Below are positions 40,207-52,149 of a DNA stretch of 64,000 nt, in pieces. Each line of letters begins with the position of its first letter. Position 1 is the stretch's first letter. Origin of the DNA: Octopus sinensis (Eukaryota); the NCBI RefSeq assembly GCF_006345805.1, contig NC_042997.1, positions 35,154,001 through 35,218,000 on the forward strand, written 5' to 3'. Under the pieces are notes generated by a model, which was not told the DNA's origin, made no database searches, and saw only the letters and a program-made list of their open reading frames with translations. The position numbers and the translations under genes were made by a program.

Positions 40207-41389
40207 AAAATAGTTAAGTGTGAAAAAACGACAGAAGGCTTAAATGTTAAAAAATATATATATTTGTGTCAAAATGTCTGGAGAACATTGGAAAAATTTT
40301 TTTCCTTTCCTTAAAATAACATAATTTAAAAATGTTTAAAGAAATTACCGGTTTCGCGTGTAGCTTTTCAAATTTCTTGTGACGTTATGTTTATATTGCA
40401 TGGAGTTATCGTTGTGTTTATTAACAGGAGTTTTCTAAATAAGGGGAGGTAGTGAGTGATTTCTTCCGGTGTAAGGGAGATAATCGCTTAAAATTTTTTT
40501 TCCCTTTTCCTTGTTAATTTCGCTGTGTCAGTATGTTCGGATGGTTGAGTCTGGGTTTGTACTTTTCAATGAAGAATGTTTCCTTGTTCAGTCTCATTTG
40601 TGTTGATGATCCGAAAGCACATTGGTAAAATCGGAAGATTAAAAATTGTGGCAGTATTTGCTTTGCGCATTTCTCAATGTGCTCACTAAAAGGTATCATT
40701 CTATATTCTGGGAATGCAATCTGTTGTCGATGCAGTGTGCATCTACGCCTGAGTGATAGTTCCGTTGAACCCACGTAGTCTTGGTGGCAGCCCGAGCATT
40801 TAATAACATAAATTATGTTTTCAGAGGCACAAGTAAAGTTAGATCTGATCTTGAATTTCTGTCCCTCTTTAAAGAAGAATTCTGATCCTTCCAATAGGTT
40901 AGGACATGTTGCACAGTTCGATCTACCACATTTTTTTACTTTTGCATCCGTAATTTTAGAAGACAATTTGCCTTTGTGAGAATCTTTTTAAGTGATTTAG
41001 GCTGTTTGTAGCTTTTAATGATTTGGTGTATGTTTAGAATTTCCTTTAATTTTGGGTTTTTATGAAGTATTGGTAAATTCTGGGTGATGATGGTGAAGGC
41101 TTCTTTGTTTCTGGGGTTGTATGTAGATATGTAAGGTAGTATTTTCGGGGAAGGTGTGTTGTTGTGTTGAACTTTTCTTAAAGTTTCTATGTTGATTTCT
41201 GTTGCACGTCTGATCCCATCCTCTATGAGTTGAGCTGGGTAATTTCTTTAAAAATTTTAAAATTATGTCATTTTAAGGAAAGGAAAAAAGAATTTCCAAT
41301 ATTCTCCAGACATTTTGACACAAATATATATATTTTTTAACATTTAAGCCTTCTGTCGTTTTTTCACACTTTACTATTTTCTTATATAT
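40198..41389 (-). mobile_element. Penelope-like element 3' fragment (RT thumb, Cys linker, GIY-YIG) bracketed by 152-bp inverted terminal segments
   Basis: Minus strand RNYPAQLIEDGI...LPYISTYNP...YKQPKSLKKILTKA (two frameshifts), then CGRSNCATC...IIYVIKCSGCHQDYVGST...KYKPRLN (ORF 40514-40966). Arms 40198-40349 and 41238-41389 differ at about 8 of 152 positions. Confidence 0.9.
40339..40378 (-). ncRNA. Minimal type I hammerhead ribozyme, U3-A8 core variant, predicted cleavage after GUA (between 40346 and 40345)
   Basis: Minus strand: AAGAAAT-TTGAAAA-GC-TACAC-GC-GAAA-CCGG-TA-ATTTCTT. Helix I is 7 bp, helix II is 2 bp, and helix III is the palindrome ACCGGU. Confidence 0.7.
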
Positions 41390-41600
41390 TCACCCACGTC
41401 CTTTACCAAACAAACTTTCTTATCTATATATATATATATATATAAATGTTTAAGTAGTTGAATGAATTATCCTAGTATGGATAATTCGGTTAACCGATAC
41501 CCGGGTAGCAAATTTACGTCAGAAAGCACGGTTGAAGCTACATGCCAAGGCCAGAAATCACGTGCTTTCGTGTGGAAATATGTGTGTTATTTTTACTATA

Positions 41601-41698
41601 GATAAATGAAAGAATGGAGTCGAACGACGATTTAACAAAATTGGTATGTCCTTAAGGGATGCGTTAAATCGTCGTTCGACTCCATTCTAACATTTATC
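41601..41698. repeat. 36-bp inverted repeat (34/36) with 26-nt spacer
   Basis: GATAAATGAAAGAATGGAGTCGAACGACGATTTAAC / GTTAAATCGTCGTTCGACTCCATTCTAACATTTATC. Confidence 0.9.
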
Positions 41699-41706
41699 GA
41701 TATATA

Positions 41707-41918
41707 TACTCTTTTACTCTTTTACTTGTTTCAGTCAATTGACTGCGGCCATGCTGGGGCACCGCCCTTAATCGAGCAACTCGACCCCGGGACTTATTCT
41801 TTTGTAAGCCCAGTACTTATTCTATCGGTCTCTTTTGCCGAACCGCTAAGTAACGGGGACATAAACACACCAGCATCGGTTGTCAAGCAATGCTAGGGGG
41901 ACAAACACAGACACACAA

Positions 41919-41965
<47 letters not shown>

Positions 41966-42130
41966 TACGACAGGCTTCTTTCAGTTTCCGTCTACCAAAT
42001 CCACTCACAAGGCTCTGGTCGGCCCGAGGCTATAGTAGAAGATACTTACCCAAGGTGCCACGCAGTGGGACTGAACCTGGAACCATGTGGTTGGTAAACA
42101 AGCTACTTACCACACAGCCACTCCTGCGCC

Positions 42131-42131
<1 letters not shown>
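41707..42131 (-). mobile_element. SINE family A, full length, young-looking
   Basis: Colinear with 33857-34273 and 15411-15868. Confidence 0.9.
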
Positions 42132-42165
<34 letters not shown>

Positions 42166-42192
42166 TATATATATATAACATATATATATAAC

Positions 42193-42232
<40 letters not shown>

Positions 42233-42290
42233 AATCCCCTAAAAGGTCAAACTTAAAAAAACAACTCCAGGACATGGTACATATATATAG

Positions 42291-42510
42291 TCTTTTATTC
42301 TCTTATTTATTTCAGTTACTTGACTGCGGCATTTAGTCGAGCAAATCAACCAGAGGACTTATTTTTGTAAGCCTAGTACTTATTCTATCGAACACTTTTG
42401 CCGTTAAGTTACGAGTATGTAAACACACCAGCATGAGTTGCCAATCAATGTTGGGGGACAAACACAAACAGGCACACACATATATGCATGTATGCATACA
42501 TACGCACACG

Positions 42511-42559
<49 letters not shown>

Positions 42560-42696
42560 GACGGGCTTCTTTCAGTCGCCGTCTACCAAATCTACACACA
42601 AGGTTTTAGTCGGCCCGAGGTGCCACGCAGTGGGACTGAACCCGGGACCATGTGGTTGGTAAGCAAACAACTTACCACACAGCCACTCGTGCGCCT
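42291..42696 (-). mobile_element. SINE family A, diverged with internal deletions, tandem to the previous copy
   Basis: Same head (CACAGCCACTCGTGCGCCT) and tail; it lacks the CCATGCTGG..CACCGCC and GCTATAG..CCCAA segments. Confidence 0.85.
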
Positions 42697-43174
42697 ATAT
42701 ATATATGTTTTTAAAAGTGATGTACAGATTTTGCGTATCAAGAAAAAGGGAGGAAGAGGGGGAGGAGGAGAGAAGGTGTAGATAGGGAGGATAGAGAAAG
42801 AAAGCAGGAACAAAGAATGTATTTTGGGATGCTTTGTATAAGAAGCGACGAAATTTAACAGAAAATTTATTCCGTGTACCCACGAATGGACGAATGCTCT
42901 AAATAAGTAATTATCACGAATACATATATGTATGTGTATATATATATATATATAAATTAATAATAAATATTAGGGAATAAATCCAAACTTACAGGGAAAA
43001 ATCAGATTTAGGATTGAATCAAATTTTATAGTAAAATATTATATTATATTAAATTAGAGACAAAGCCACTATTAGGCAAATCATACAATGAAAAACTTAA
43101 GCCAATACATAAGATTATTTAATTTATATTATTTAAATATATAACAAAATTATTAAAAAATATAATTAATATAT

Positions 43175-43238
43175 CACTACGATCGTTTCATGGCTGTTAA
43201 TTTCTTTAAATTTTCAAGTCACAGTCATTCATTAGGTG
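43175..43238 (-). ncRNA. Hammerhead motif, left-arm copy, G5A (predicted inactive)
   Basis: Minus strand: CAC-CTAATGA-ATGACTGT...ACAGCCAT-GAAA-CGATCGT-A-GTG. Confidence 0.55.
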
Positions 43239-43299
43239 GTTAAAATATTTATCTTGGCGAGGTTCATTGTTTAAACCTCGCCAAGATAAATATTTAAAC

Positions 43300-43363
43300 C
43301 ACCTGATGAATGACTATGACTTGAAAATTTAAAGAAATTAATAGCCATGAAACGATCGTAGTG
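43300..43363 (+). ncRNA. Type I hammerhead ribozyme, canonical core, predicted cleavage after GUA at 43360
   Basis: CAC-CTGATGA-ATGACTAT...ATAGCCAT-GAAA-CGATCGT-A-GTG. Helix III is the palindrome ACGAUCGU, helix II is 8 bp with one mismatch, and helix I is 3 bp. Confidence 0.7.
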
Positions 43364-43493
43364 ATATATTAATTATATTTTTTAATAATTTTGTTATATA
43401 TTTAAATAATATAAATTAAATAATCTTATGCATTGGCTTAAGTTTTTCATTATATGATTTGCCTAATAGTGGTTTTGTCTCTAATTTAATATA

Positions 43494-43580
<87 letters not shown>

Positions 43581-46500
43581 TTGTGTGTGTGAGTGTGCAT
43601 CCGTGTGTGTGTTTGTGTACACATCGACGAAACGAAAGAAACGGATACTCAACAGATTTGGTAGCAGTTACATGCATATATGTAGTTTCGTAAGCTCGTC
43701 ACAGGAAACTTTTTTTGAGAGTAAACCATCCTGCCGTTTTGTCAGAATGCTTTATGACTTTCCAAACCCAATTTTTCTTGAAAACGATATATAATATACT
43801 TGTTTCACATGGAAATGCACTGTAACATTTGTGAAGTAAATAGATTCTTTTTTTATTACCAGCTACGTTGATATTTAAATGGGATTTTATAATTAAATAT
43901 GAAGCTAGTAATTATTCCCATTTTCAGTTATGGATAGCACATGGTTTTTTTTATTATCAGATACGTTCATAGGAAATCGGGTTTTTACATTTAAATATAA
44001 AGCTAGTATTTATTCACACTTTGAATTATATAAAGGTTCTATTCCTATCTGATTAAGTGAGTAATTTTCTCGCAATAATTATATATTTGAAATAGATTAT
44101 AATTTTTTTTTTCTGTGACAATATCGCGGAAGAATGTAAGATTTTATACATGCATTGTTTTGTAGATTTAATTATATGATGATATAATAATGTTGGTTAT
44201 GTACGCGGTTAATTACTGTGTTATTTGGCGAACAACAAAAAATACTTAAGTCTAAACACTGATAACGCTTCTTGTACAATGAATAGTGTCTGCTTGCAAA
44301 GTATTTGTCATATCTAGAGGTACATAAATTTTTGTACTGTTAACCGGTTATATTCTGCACTCTGTATGCTATCATTGTCTTCGACCTCAGATAGTTTATT
44401 TTCAAACTAAGAGTAATAATGTTCTGATCAATTATGCCAGTGATGCATGCACACTTAATGTTATAAATATATGTTATTTAAATATATCCTTTCGTAAATT
44501 AGTCATACTCAGCTGATAAAAGAATTGGGTTAACTGGCTGCGTTATCAGCAAGTATTATATGAGGTGGTTCATTGATTTTCCAAGTTTCAAGTGTTCTCT
44601 ATATATTATAGTAATTACCTTTCTTAGTTATATAGGATTCCCATTTTTACATTATACATATTCATTCATTCTTCAATTACGTTTCTTCAATCAATATGGA
44701 ATTTCCATGTTTCACAGAGTTCTCTTTAGAGGTCTTCAAGTATTTCGTTTATAGACCTTTTATAAATACAAGTAATATTAAAGGTTCACATCTTATATTC
44801 TACTAATTCATACATAGTATTTGGAGGTAGTTTCTGCGCTTGTTTGCTTACCTTTCATGAAATTTACAATACCACTTGTATTGCAGATTCTTTGAAGTGT
44901 TTCAAATAAGACCCTACAGTAAAGCAGAATCTATATGCTGTTTACCTTATCATATACATTATCTTACAGTGCGAATATGATCCTTACATGACATGTTCAA
45001 TAATTATTAATAGAAAAGTGATAAATTCTTTTGTATAAGGCATTGCATTGCTGTAATTTTTAAGTTCATGTAAGTTTTTTCCTTTCTTAATAGTGCATGG
45101 ATGGTGTAAATCATACAAAGTCTAGCGGTTGTGGAATCCGATAATTTGATGTATTGACAAATAGTTATATTTTGGCAACAGTACCTCAAGCTTCACTAAT
45201 GTGTGTCCAACTACCTAACCGGTTTTGATGTACTTATAGAAAACTTGGATCTACGAAGTGGCCATATCATCGAGATTCATTGTTGTATTGTGAAAAGCTA
45301 AATTTGAGAAGTACTCTACGTAGATACTAAGGATAAGTCTGATGGCGATGGTGCAGCCACGAAAGTCATTTGAATCGTTGTTGATGTCTTACATTTGTAG
45401 TCTGGTACTGTTATCTTCCAATGTCAGACCCTTTAGAATCCATTATAAGAAGACTAACCTCATCTCGGTTTAGTTTTTGGAAATAAGCATCGACATTTTC
45501 TAAATTTCTCTACAATGTGTGCCCTTCTATATGGCATTCTTATATCTTGCAGAATGAGATATTATTCAGGAAAAGGTTTGGTTGACAGCTAACCGAGTTT
45601 ATATAACTGACAATTATGTAATGCCATATGTATGCATGTTTAATGCAGCTATACGTATGAGGCAGTTTGCTATGTTGTGGTGTAAGTTCTCAGTATTTCT
45701 AAGATAATTCTTCTTCTTAAAAATCGGGCACGACTTTGAAAATTTATAAGAAAAGATGTGATTTATCTTGAACAAAAACAGTGAAGCAACGAACAGGCAC
45801 GCCGTTAGGAAATGATAAATTGTTTGCATGTTTTACTTCACAATTTTGTTCCTCACATCCACTTGCGTGGCGCGCACTCATGCACGCACAACAAACACAT
45901 ACACACAGACACACACATACATACATACACACACACAAGGACAAATACACACACACTTACGATTATATACATGCATAATGACTACCTCTTATATACAAAG
46001 ACACACTTTACTTAACATCTAAAGAATGATTTGCTATGTATTTCCATGCTGTAAATTAGTTGTGTGTTGTACTGTGGTATGTATGGAAATGCATCAGATT
46101 CATATTGTTATGTAGTTTCTATCGAAGCTCGAAGTTTCCATTCGATTATGTATGTTAACGAATGGTACGGATTCGATTGAATGGACCATTTACTACACCA
46201 GGGTATACATATATTCATATAACTATGTATATAGCTCTATAATGTTCTCTCTAGAGAATCTATAGTAATGCATGTCAAAGACATCTCCCCATACATATAT
46301 AATAAAGAAATGAATGCACGTTGATGCATAGAGACAAGAAGAAATTATACCGAATGAGGCGTAGAGTAGTATAATCTTATGAGCGAAATCATTGTACATA
46401 CCCAACAGTATGACGGATTGATGCAATACAAAAATAATAATTTAGAATACATAAAATTAGAAGACAAAGAAATTGCAACTGGTATAATTATATAACTGCT

Positions 46501-46691
46501 GTTTTGAAATTTTAGCTCTACAAAAATCTTCTCAGACATTGTTATTAATCAATCCTGCAAAATATATGCTAAGTATATTTTCAGAAACATGTTAGTTAAA
46601 ATTATTAACAAAATTCACAGCACTTCTACTTTCCAAACATAGGTAACAATATGTCAGTTACATATGGTTCAGTAAAAAATTTATAATCTTT

Positions 46692-46882
46692 CTACGATAA
46701 GTACAGGGACAGAAATTTCGTGGGATCCTAGTGTTCAACTGTTAATTATTTTATCGGCTCCGGAATGATGAAGGGCATTGTCGACTTCTGTGGAATTTGA
46801 ACTCAGAGCGTAAAGCCGGAAGAAATGCCACAAAGTATATTATCCAGCGTGCTTGCTGACGATTCTGTTAGCTCGCTGGCTT
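46692..46882 (-). mobile_element. SINE family C, diverged
   Basis: TGAAGGGCATTGTCGACTTCTGTGGAATTTGAACTCAGA...GACGATTCTGTTAGCTCGC is the reverse complement of the family C core and head. Confidence 0.7.
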
Positions 46883-48656
46883 ATTAATATGTATAATAAT
46901 AAGCAACATATACTTCGATATCATATAAATTGCAATTACTAAACATTGCTACAAGTACTATCAACTTTCGTCGGCGTCTACACCCTTATTACTCATCAGA
47001 AGTTAAAACAATGATGGATTTAAGAAATTCCATATACTTCAACAGCAAAGGACCCTAGAAACAAAAGGCTAACGATTCGTCGATCCCAGCGTAGGAGCAA
47101 ATGATTTGGCAGAAATAAGTTTCATTAATATAGCATAAAATGGTAACATGGTACACACTATAATAGAATATGTAGGTTATTGAGCTGTGGTTTTAATATT
47201 ACGTTGTATAACGTAAAAACTAATGAGGTTTTCGAAATCCTCGCTAAAATAATTCTCGTTAAAATTTTGATGCAGATTTACATCATAATGTTTCTTGTAA
47301 ATACTTCAGTACATCAATAGGAACGTCTCACAAGATATAAGTGCTTTATTATCTGCGATGTAGTTTTCCAACGTCGAATAGTTTTAACTAAACACAACTG
47401 GCGCAACGACGAAACATTCCACAGGGAGCGAAGACCAAATCCATACTACTCTGGTATAGTCTTTTTTTAATCAAGAAATAAATGCATCACTGCACGATAT
47501 CTAAATCTAGATACATACATTTGCCATAACTTCAAATATCATATAATTTTAAACTAAAACATAATTAACATAAACTCCTTCACTGTCAGTAGCTTAGCAG
47601 CATTTTGCTTGACACTTTTTTAACAACAGAACATTAAGTATTTCCAATATCGTCCACTAACCAGTTCAATAAATCATGTCTTATGTCAAATTACCGATGT
47701 CTATTGGGTAGATGCTACACCACGAAATGTACAAATAATTACATTGATATCAAAACGTGTGCGATTGCCTTCCAATAATAATTTAAGGGCAATTACACAT
47801 GTTTTCATACCAAATAAAACATTCAAAATACAGCAGAAGTTACAACAAATGCTCAGATTCTGTGTAACGTATCTCCAATAAGAAACAACAAACATGATTC
47901 ATCTGGGAACACACTGAATTGTAATTCTTAACTCGTATATTTTCAGACAAAATTTCATATTTATTGCAGACTTACACATTTTGCACAGCAATTAAAGTTG
48001 ACTCACATTACACTCCATTAATGCAGTGCACAGTTTTTACAGATAAAATACACTTAATGTACTCCCCTTTGCTCTGGATACAAGAGGATCAATGCTTATA
48101 TGTACATACATGCCTAACATACTGTATTCTGTTTATATCTATTCGCATTACTCGTTTTCTATCCCTACGTTCTACTAAGCATTCTTACCGTTTTCACTTC
48201 CGACAACAGCTCCCTTTCAATCGTTTCCCAATCCCATCTACAACCTATTATCCTCTTTTTCAGAACGAGAGCAATTACAGCCGATCAAACCTAGCATTTG
48301 TTCTTAAATAATACAATTCAGAAGAAATTAATTGAAACATTTTAAAATGTCTTGCGGCCACATGGATAGTCTATTGTAAGTCGCATTAACTGAAGTGTCA
48401 AAAGACAAAAGGCAGACACGTGCTGAAGATGTTTCTGATCACACACACACACAAACACATATGTGTGCATAGCCACACTGTTGAAGTTCATACATATATA
48501 TCATATACATACATACATACATACATACATACATACACACATACCTACATACATACCTACATACATACATACATACATACATACATACATACATACATAC
48601 CTACATACATACAAACATAAATACATATATACATATGTGTGTATGTGTGTGCGATT

Positions 48657-48985
48657 GTGAAGGCGCATGGCTTAGTGGTTAGAGCATCGAGCTTACGATC
48701 GTGAGGTTGCGAGTTCGATTCCATGACGGGGCTTCGTGTTGTCTTTTTGAGCAAGAAACTTTATTTCACATTGCTCCTGTTAACTCAACGACATCACAGG
48801 TGGCAAGCTGTATCGGCCTTTGCCTTTCCATTGAATAACATCAGTGGGGTGGAGAGGGGAGGCTGGTATGCATGGGCGACTGCTGGCCTTCCAGAAACAA
48901 CTTTGCCCGGACTTGAACTTGTGCCACGGAGGGTAATTTTCTAGGTGTAATCCCATGGTCATTCATGGCCGATGGGGGGCTCCGC
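48657..48985 (+). mobile_element. tRNA-derived SINE with a B-like head and a distinct body
   Basis: AGGCGCATGGCTTAGTGGTTAGAGC (A box)...GAGTTCGATTCC (B box)...TTGAGCAAGAAACTTTATTTCACATTGCTCC. The body does not match the other copies here. Confidence 0.75.
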
Positions 48986-49100
48986 CTATATGTATGTCTC
49001 ACCACTTCATCCTACGTGGATATTCACACCGCTCTTGCCAGAGCACATTCCGTGGACCGTGCATCTGCTCTCTCCTCCGCACTTGGTAGGGTGAGGGGAT

Positions 49101-49227
49101 GGTCGAGTACAGCCACCCCACAGTTCAACTAGGACTTATTTTATCGACTCAAAAAAGATGGAATTTGTGGCGGAATTTGAATTTAGAAGGTAAAGACATG
49201 CCAATGATACTGCCAGCTCGTCACCTT
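49101..49227 (-). mobile_element. SINE family C, deleted and diverged
   Basis: CGGAATTTGAATTTAGAA...GATACTGCCAGCTCGTCACCTT. Confidence 0.6.
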
Positions 49228-49239
49228 CATACTACTGAA

Positions 49240-49286
49240 GGTGCTTCTGCTTTCACTACTACTAGTACTACTGCTGCTGCTGCTAC

Positions 49287-49330
<44 letters not shown>

Positions 49331-49392
49331 TAATAATAATAATAATAACAATAGTAATAATAATAATAATACTAATAGTAATAATAATAATA

Positions 49393-49446
<54 letters not shown>

Positions 49447-49480
49447 GTAACAACAACAACAATAATAATAGCTATAACAA
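49240..49480. repeat. Compound (CTA)n/(CTG)n/(TAA)n/(CAA)n microsatellite
   Basis: Direct reading. Confidence 0.95.
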
Positions 49481-50015
49481 AATCAGTAACATCATATATC
49501 ATATTCAACATGCAGAAAATAAAAACTAGCAAAGCATATAATAAAGAGCGACATGTGAACTGCAAGAAAATTATGTGTATAATATACTTATGTAACAAAT
49601 GCAATATTACATGTTCGGAAAGGCATAAGAAGTATACAGGTATTTTATTCTACTTCCTTTTTCTACGCAAATAATGAATATTTATGTATATGGCTGATTC
49701 CATTACTCTCTTGCAGAGGCAAATAATGAACATTTATGAACATGGTGGAACCCATAGAACTAATATCTCAAGGGAAATCTGGGCAATGAAACAAAAATGG
49801 CAAATAACATCGATATATATAGGGAGGTCGATGAGAATAACCTGTCACTTCGACGTAATTCATAGTTATTATAAGCAACTCCTTGTCAAATTACACGGCA
49901 ACGTGTGAAGCCTTTAAGGGTTAGGAAATTATCATTTGACTTCTTCCATCAATTTCAATATCTTTAAGGACAGTATATCAGTTGTATTATCTCGACATCA
50001 CCGACACACGTTTGG

Positions 50016-50036
<21 letters not shown>

Positions 50037-50048
<12 letters not shown>

Positions 50049-51325
50049 ATATAATATAAAATCCGTTCTGCCTGTGTGTGTCTTCTAGCATCTCGGACAT
50101 CCTCCATCCGATTGCGCTCAAATTTGATATATAGATACCGGCAGTTTCAGAGCGTGTATAAGTCTTGAACAAAAATTTAAAAAATCGATTCCAGATGAGA
50201 ATGCGATCGATAAAACCATGGGAACGTGCATTTGTACGTGCAAGTACATCAGCTGTTGCGATCGATGCTAAGTGTACGCGAGGATGATGCACTTGCAGTT
50301 TGCGCAAAAAAGCCGGCTGACTTGAAATAATGCCAGAAAATGCAGTATATTTAGGCGGCGTTGTATTGCTTCCCTTGGGTGACTTTCGGCAAATTCCCCC
50401 AGTAGTCCCTAAAAGCCATCCGGGTGATGAAATAGAGGCTTACATCAAACATTCTTATCTTTGGCGTTTTGTCCACACAAGAAGATTGAGCACTAATATG
50501 AGCTCTATGATTCACGGACCAGTGGGCGCTGAAGACTCTGCTGCTAAGCTATTGGATATTGGTAATGGCAACCTCCCGACAGATGCAAACGGGTTGACGG
50601 ACCTAACTTCCATCGGTAACTGCGTGTCTGGGTCCGATGAATTTGTCAGACAGTTTTCCCCGGTCTATCTTCTAATTTCGGTGACCATCAATGGTTGTGT
50701 GATGGAGCCATTTTAGCGCCATCCAATTCCAACGCTTCACGCCTCCTTCGCCAACTGCCGACCCAAGAACGAATCTATACATCCGTCAATTCAATTACTG
50801 ACCCACAGCAAGCCATGGTGTACCCAATCGAATTTCTTAACTCGCAAGAACCATCGGTTTTGCTACCCCATAAACTCTGCCTCAACGTTGGAAGTTCCAT
50901 TATTGTCTTCTGAAACATGGATCCCCCACGACTTTGCAATGGCGCTTGGTTGGTTCTCAACCAACTTTTGGATGACGTTCTCGAAGCAAAAGTTATCACG
51001 GGTCAAGGAGCAGGGGATGTTGATTTTATTTCCTGCATGCCATTGATTCCGTCGGACTGTATTTATCCGATGAAATGCGTTCCATTCCCTATTCGCCTGA
51101 GCTTCGCGATGACCATCAACAAAGCACAGGAGCAGTCATTGAAAGTCGTGGGGTTGGACCTCAGCACTCCCTTGTTTTCGCACGGACAACTGTATGTGGC
51201 TGTTCGACAAACCTTTTCAACTACACTCCAGGCGGAGTAACAAGGAATGTGGTTTACAAGGCTGCACTTCACTAGCTTTTCCTTGCCCTTGAACATCCCG
51301 CAAAGTAAGTGAGCTTAAAGTTAGT
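50037..51325 (+). mobile_element. Internally deleted Helitron with a disrupted Pif1-like helicase C-terminal region
   Basis: LGDFRQIPPVVP...RLSTNM; AILAPSN; YPIEFLNS...PHKL; DPPRLCNG; FPIRLSFAMTINKAQEQSL...GLDL...FSHGQLYVA; TRNVVY. One stop and two frameshifts. Both ends are approximate. Confidence 0.85.
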
Positions 51326-52149
51326 TACTTAGTTCCCTAGGTTGTTGCTTTTCATCAACAATCACCCCAAGTTGATTTCTTACATGTTTTATCGGATAAA
51401 CCTATCTCCCAGGTGCGTTCTCATAAATTCATCATGCTTTTCCATCTAGATTTACCTCCAGCTAATCCATTTGCATGCATAGTTTTTGTCCTGCTTTTCT
51501 TCCGTCAACCGGTACATAACTGCACGTTCCACTTTTTGTTGTTTTTGTACTGCTTAAAGGCACGTTTCTTTCCTGCCAAGCTTACTGTTTAAACCATGTT
51601 TGTGTTCTCCCAGTCAACAGCCTTATCATTACTGGTACTTTAAACTCTTCTGTTGCATATTTGTGTAAATGAAATTGTTTTTCTTTGGAATAGAAAAAAG
51701 TCTATCTTTATTTCTTGTTTTGCTGGTTTCTCAAAGTTAGGTTAAATCAGTTTTTCTCGAAGGGGAGGCCTATGAGACGGTCGGACAAGTCGTTTTGAGA
51801 AAATTTGGTTTAAATGTTTGACAACTCAGCACCATCCATTGGACGGTGAGGGCGTTTTGCTCGTGTATATATATATATATTTGTGTGTGTGTGTGTGTGT
51901 GTGTGTGTAATGAATAGGTTCGTATGTACAGGGTCAACAAAAAGTGTACTCCATCTAACGAGAGTAGATATCGTTTTTTTAATCAAAATTTACTCAATAC
52001 GCCTCAATATCCAGAACACTACTAGGCACGGCAATTGAATTTGCTTAATCCCATGTCATTATTGAGCCCATGGATTGAGAACTCGTTAGACACGCGATGA
52101 AAACATTATTATTCACTAAACAGGCAGCTTGGATAAAAAAAAGTCGAGT

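Larger units (their letters stand above)
43036..43502. mobile_element. 467-bp palindrome (229-bp arms, 9-nt spacer), probably an inverted pair of PLE pseudo-LTR ends
   Basis: Arms 43036-43264 and 43274-43502 with 7 mismatches counted by eye and spacer CATTGTTTA. Each arm carries a hammerhead motif, and the right arm abuts (TA)n. Confidence 0.8.

Noticed and set aside
46955-47005. Minus-strand CTGATGA-GT...AC-GAAAG motif
   Set aside because: No consistent helix III and helix I can be formed together with a UH site.
47925-48311. 129-codon stop-free frame
   Set aside because: It has no ATG start, no recognisable motif and no supporting splice signals.
48657-48730. tRNA-like sequence
   Set aside because: It has A and B boxes but no complete cloverleaf and continues into a SINE body; the same applies to the other SINE heads.
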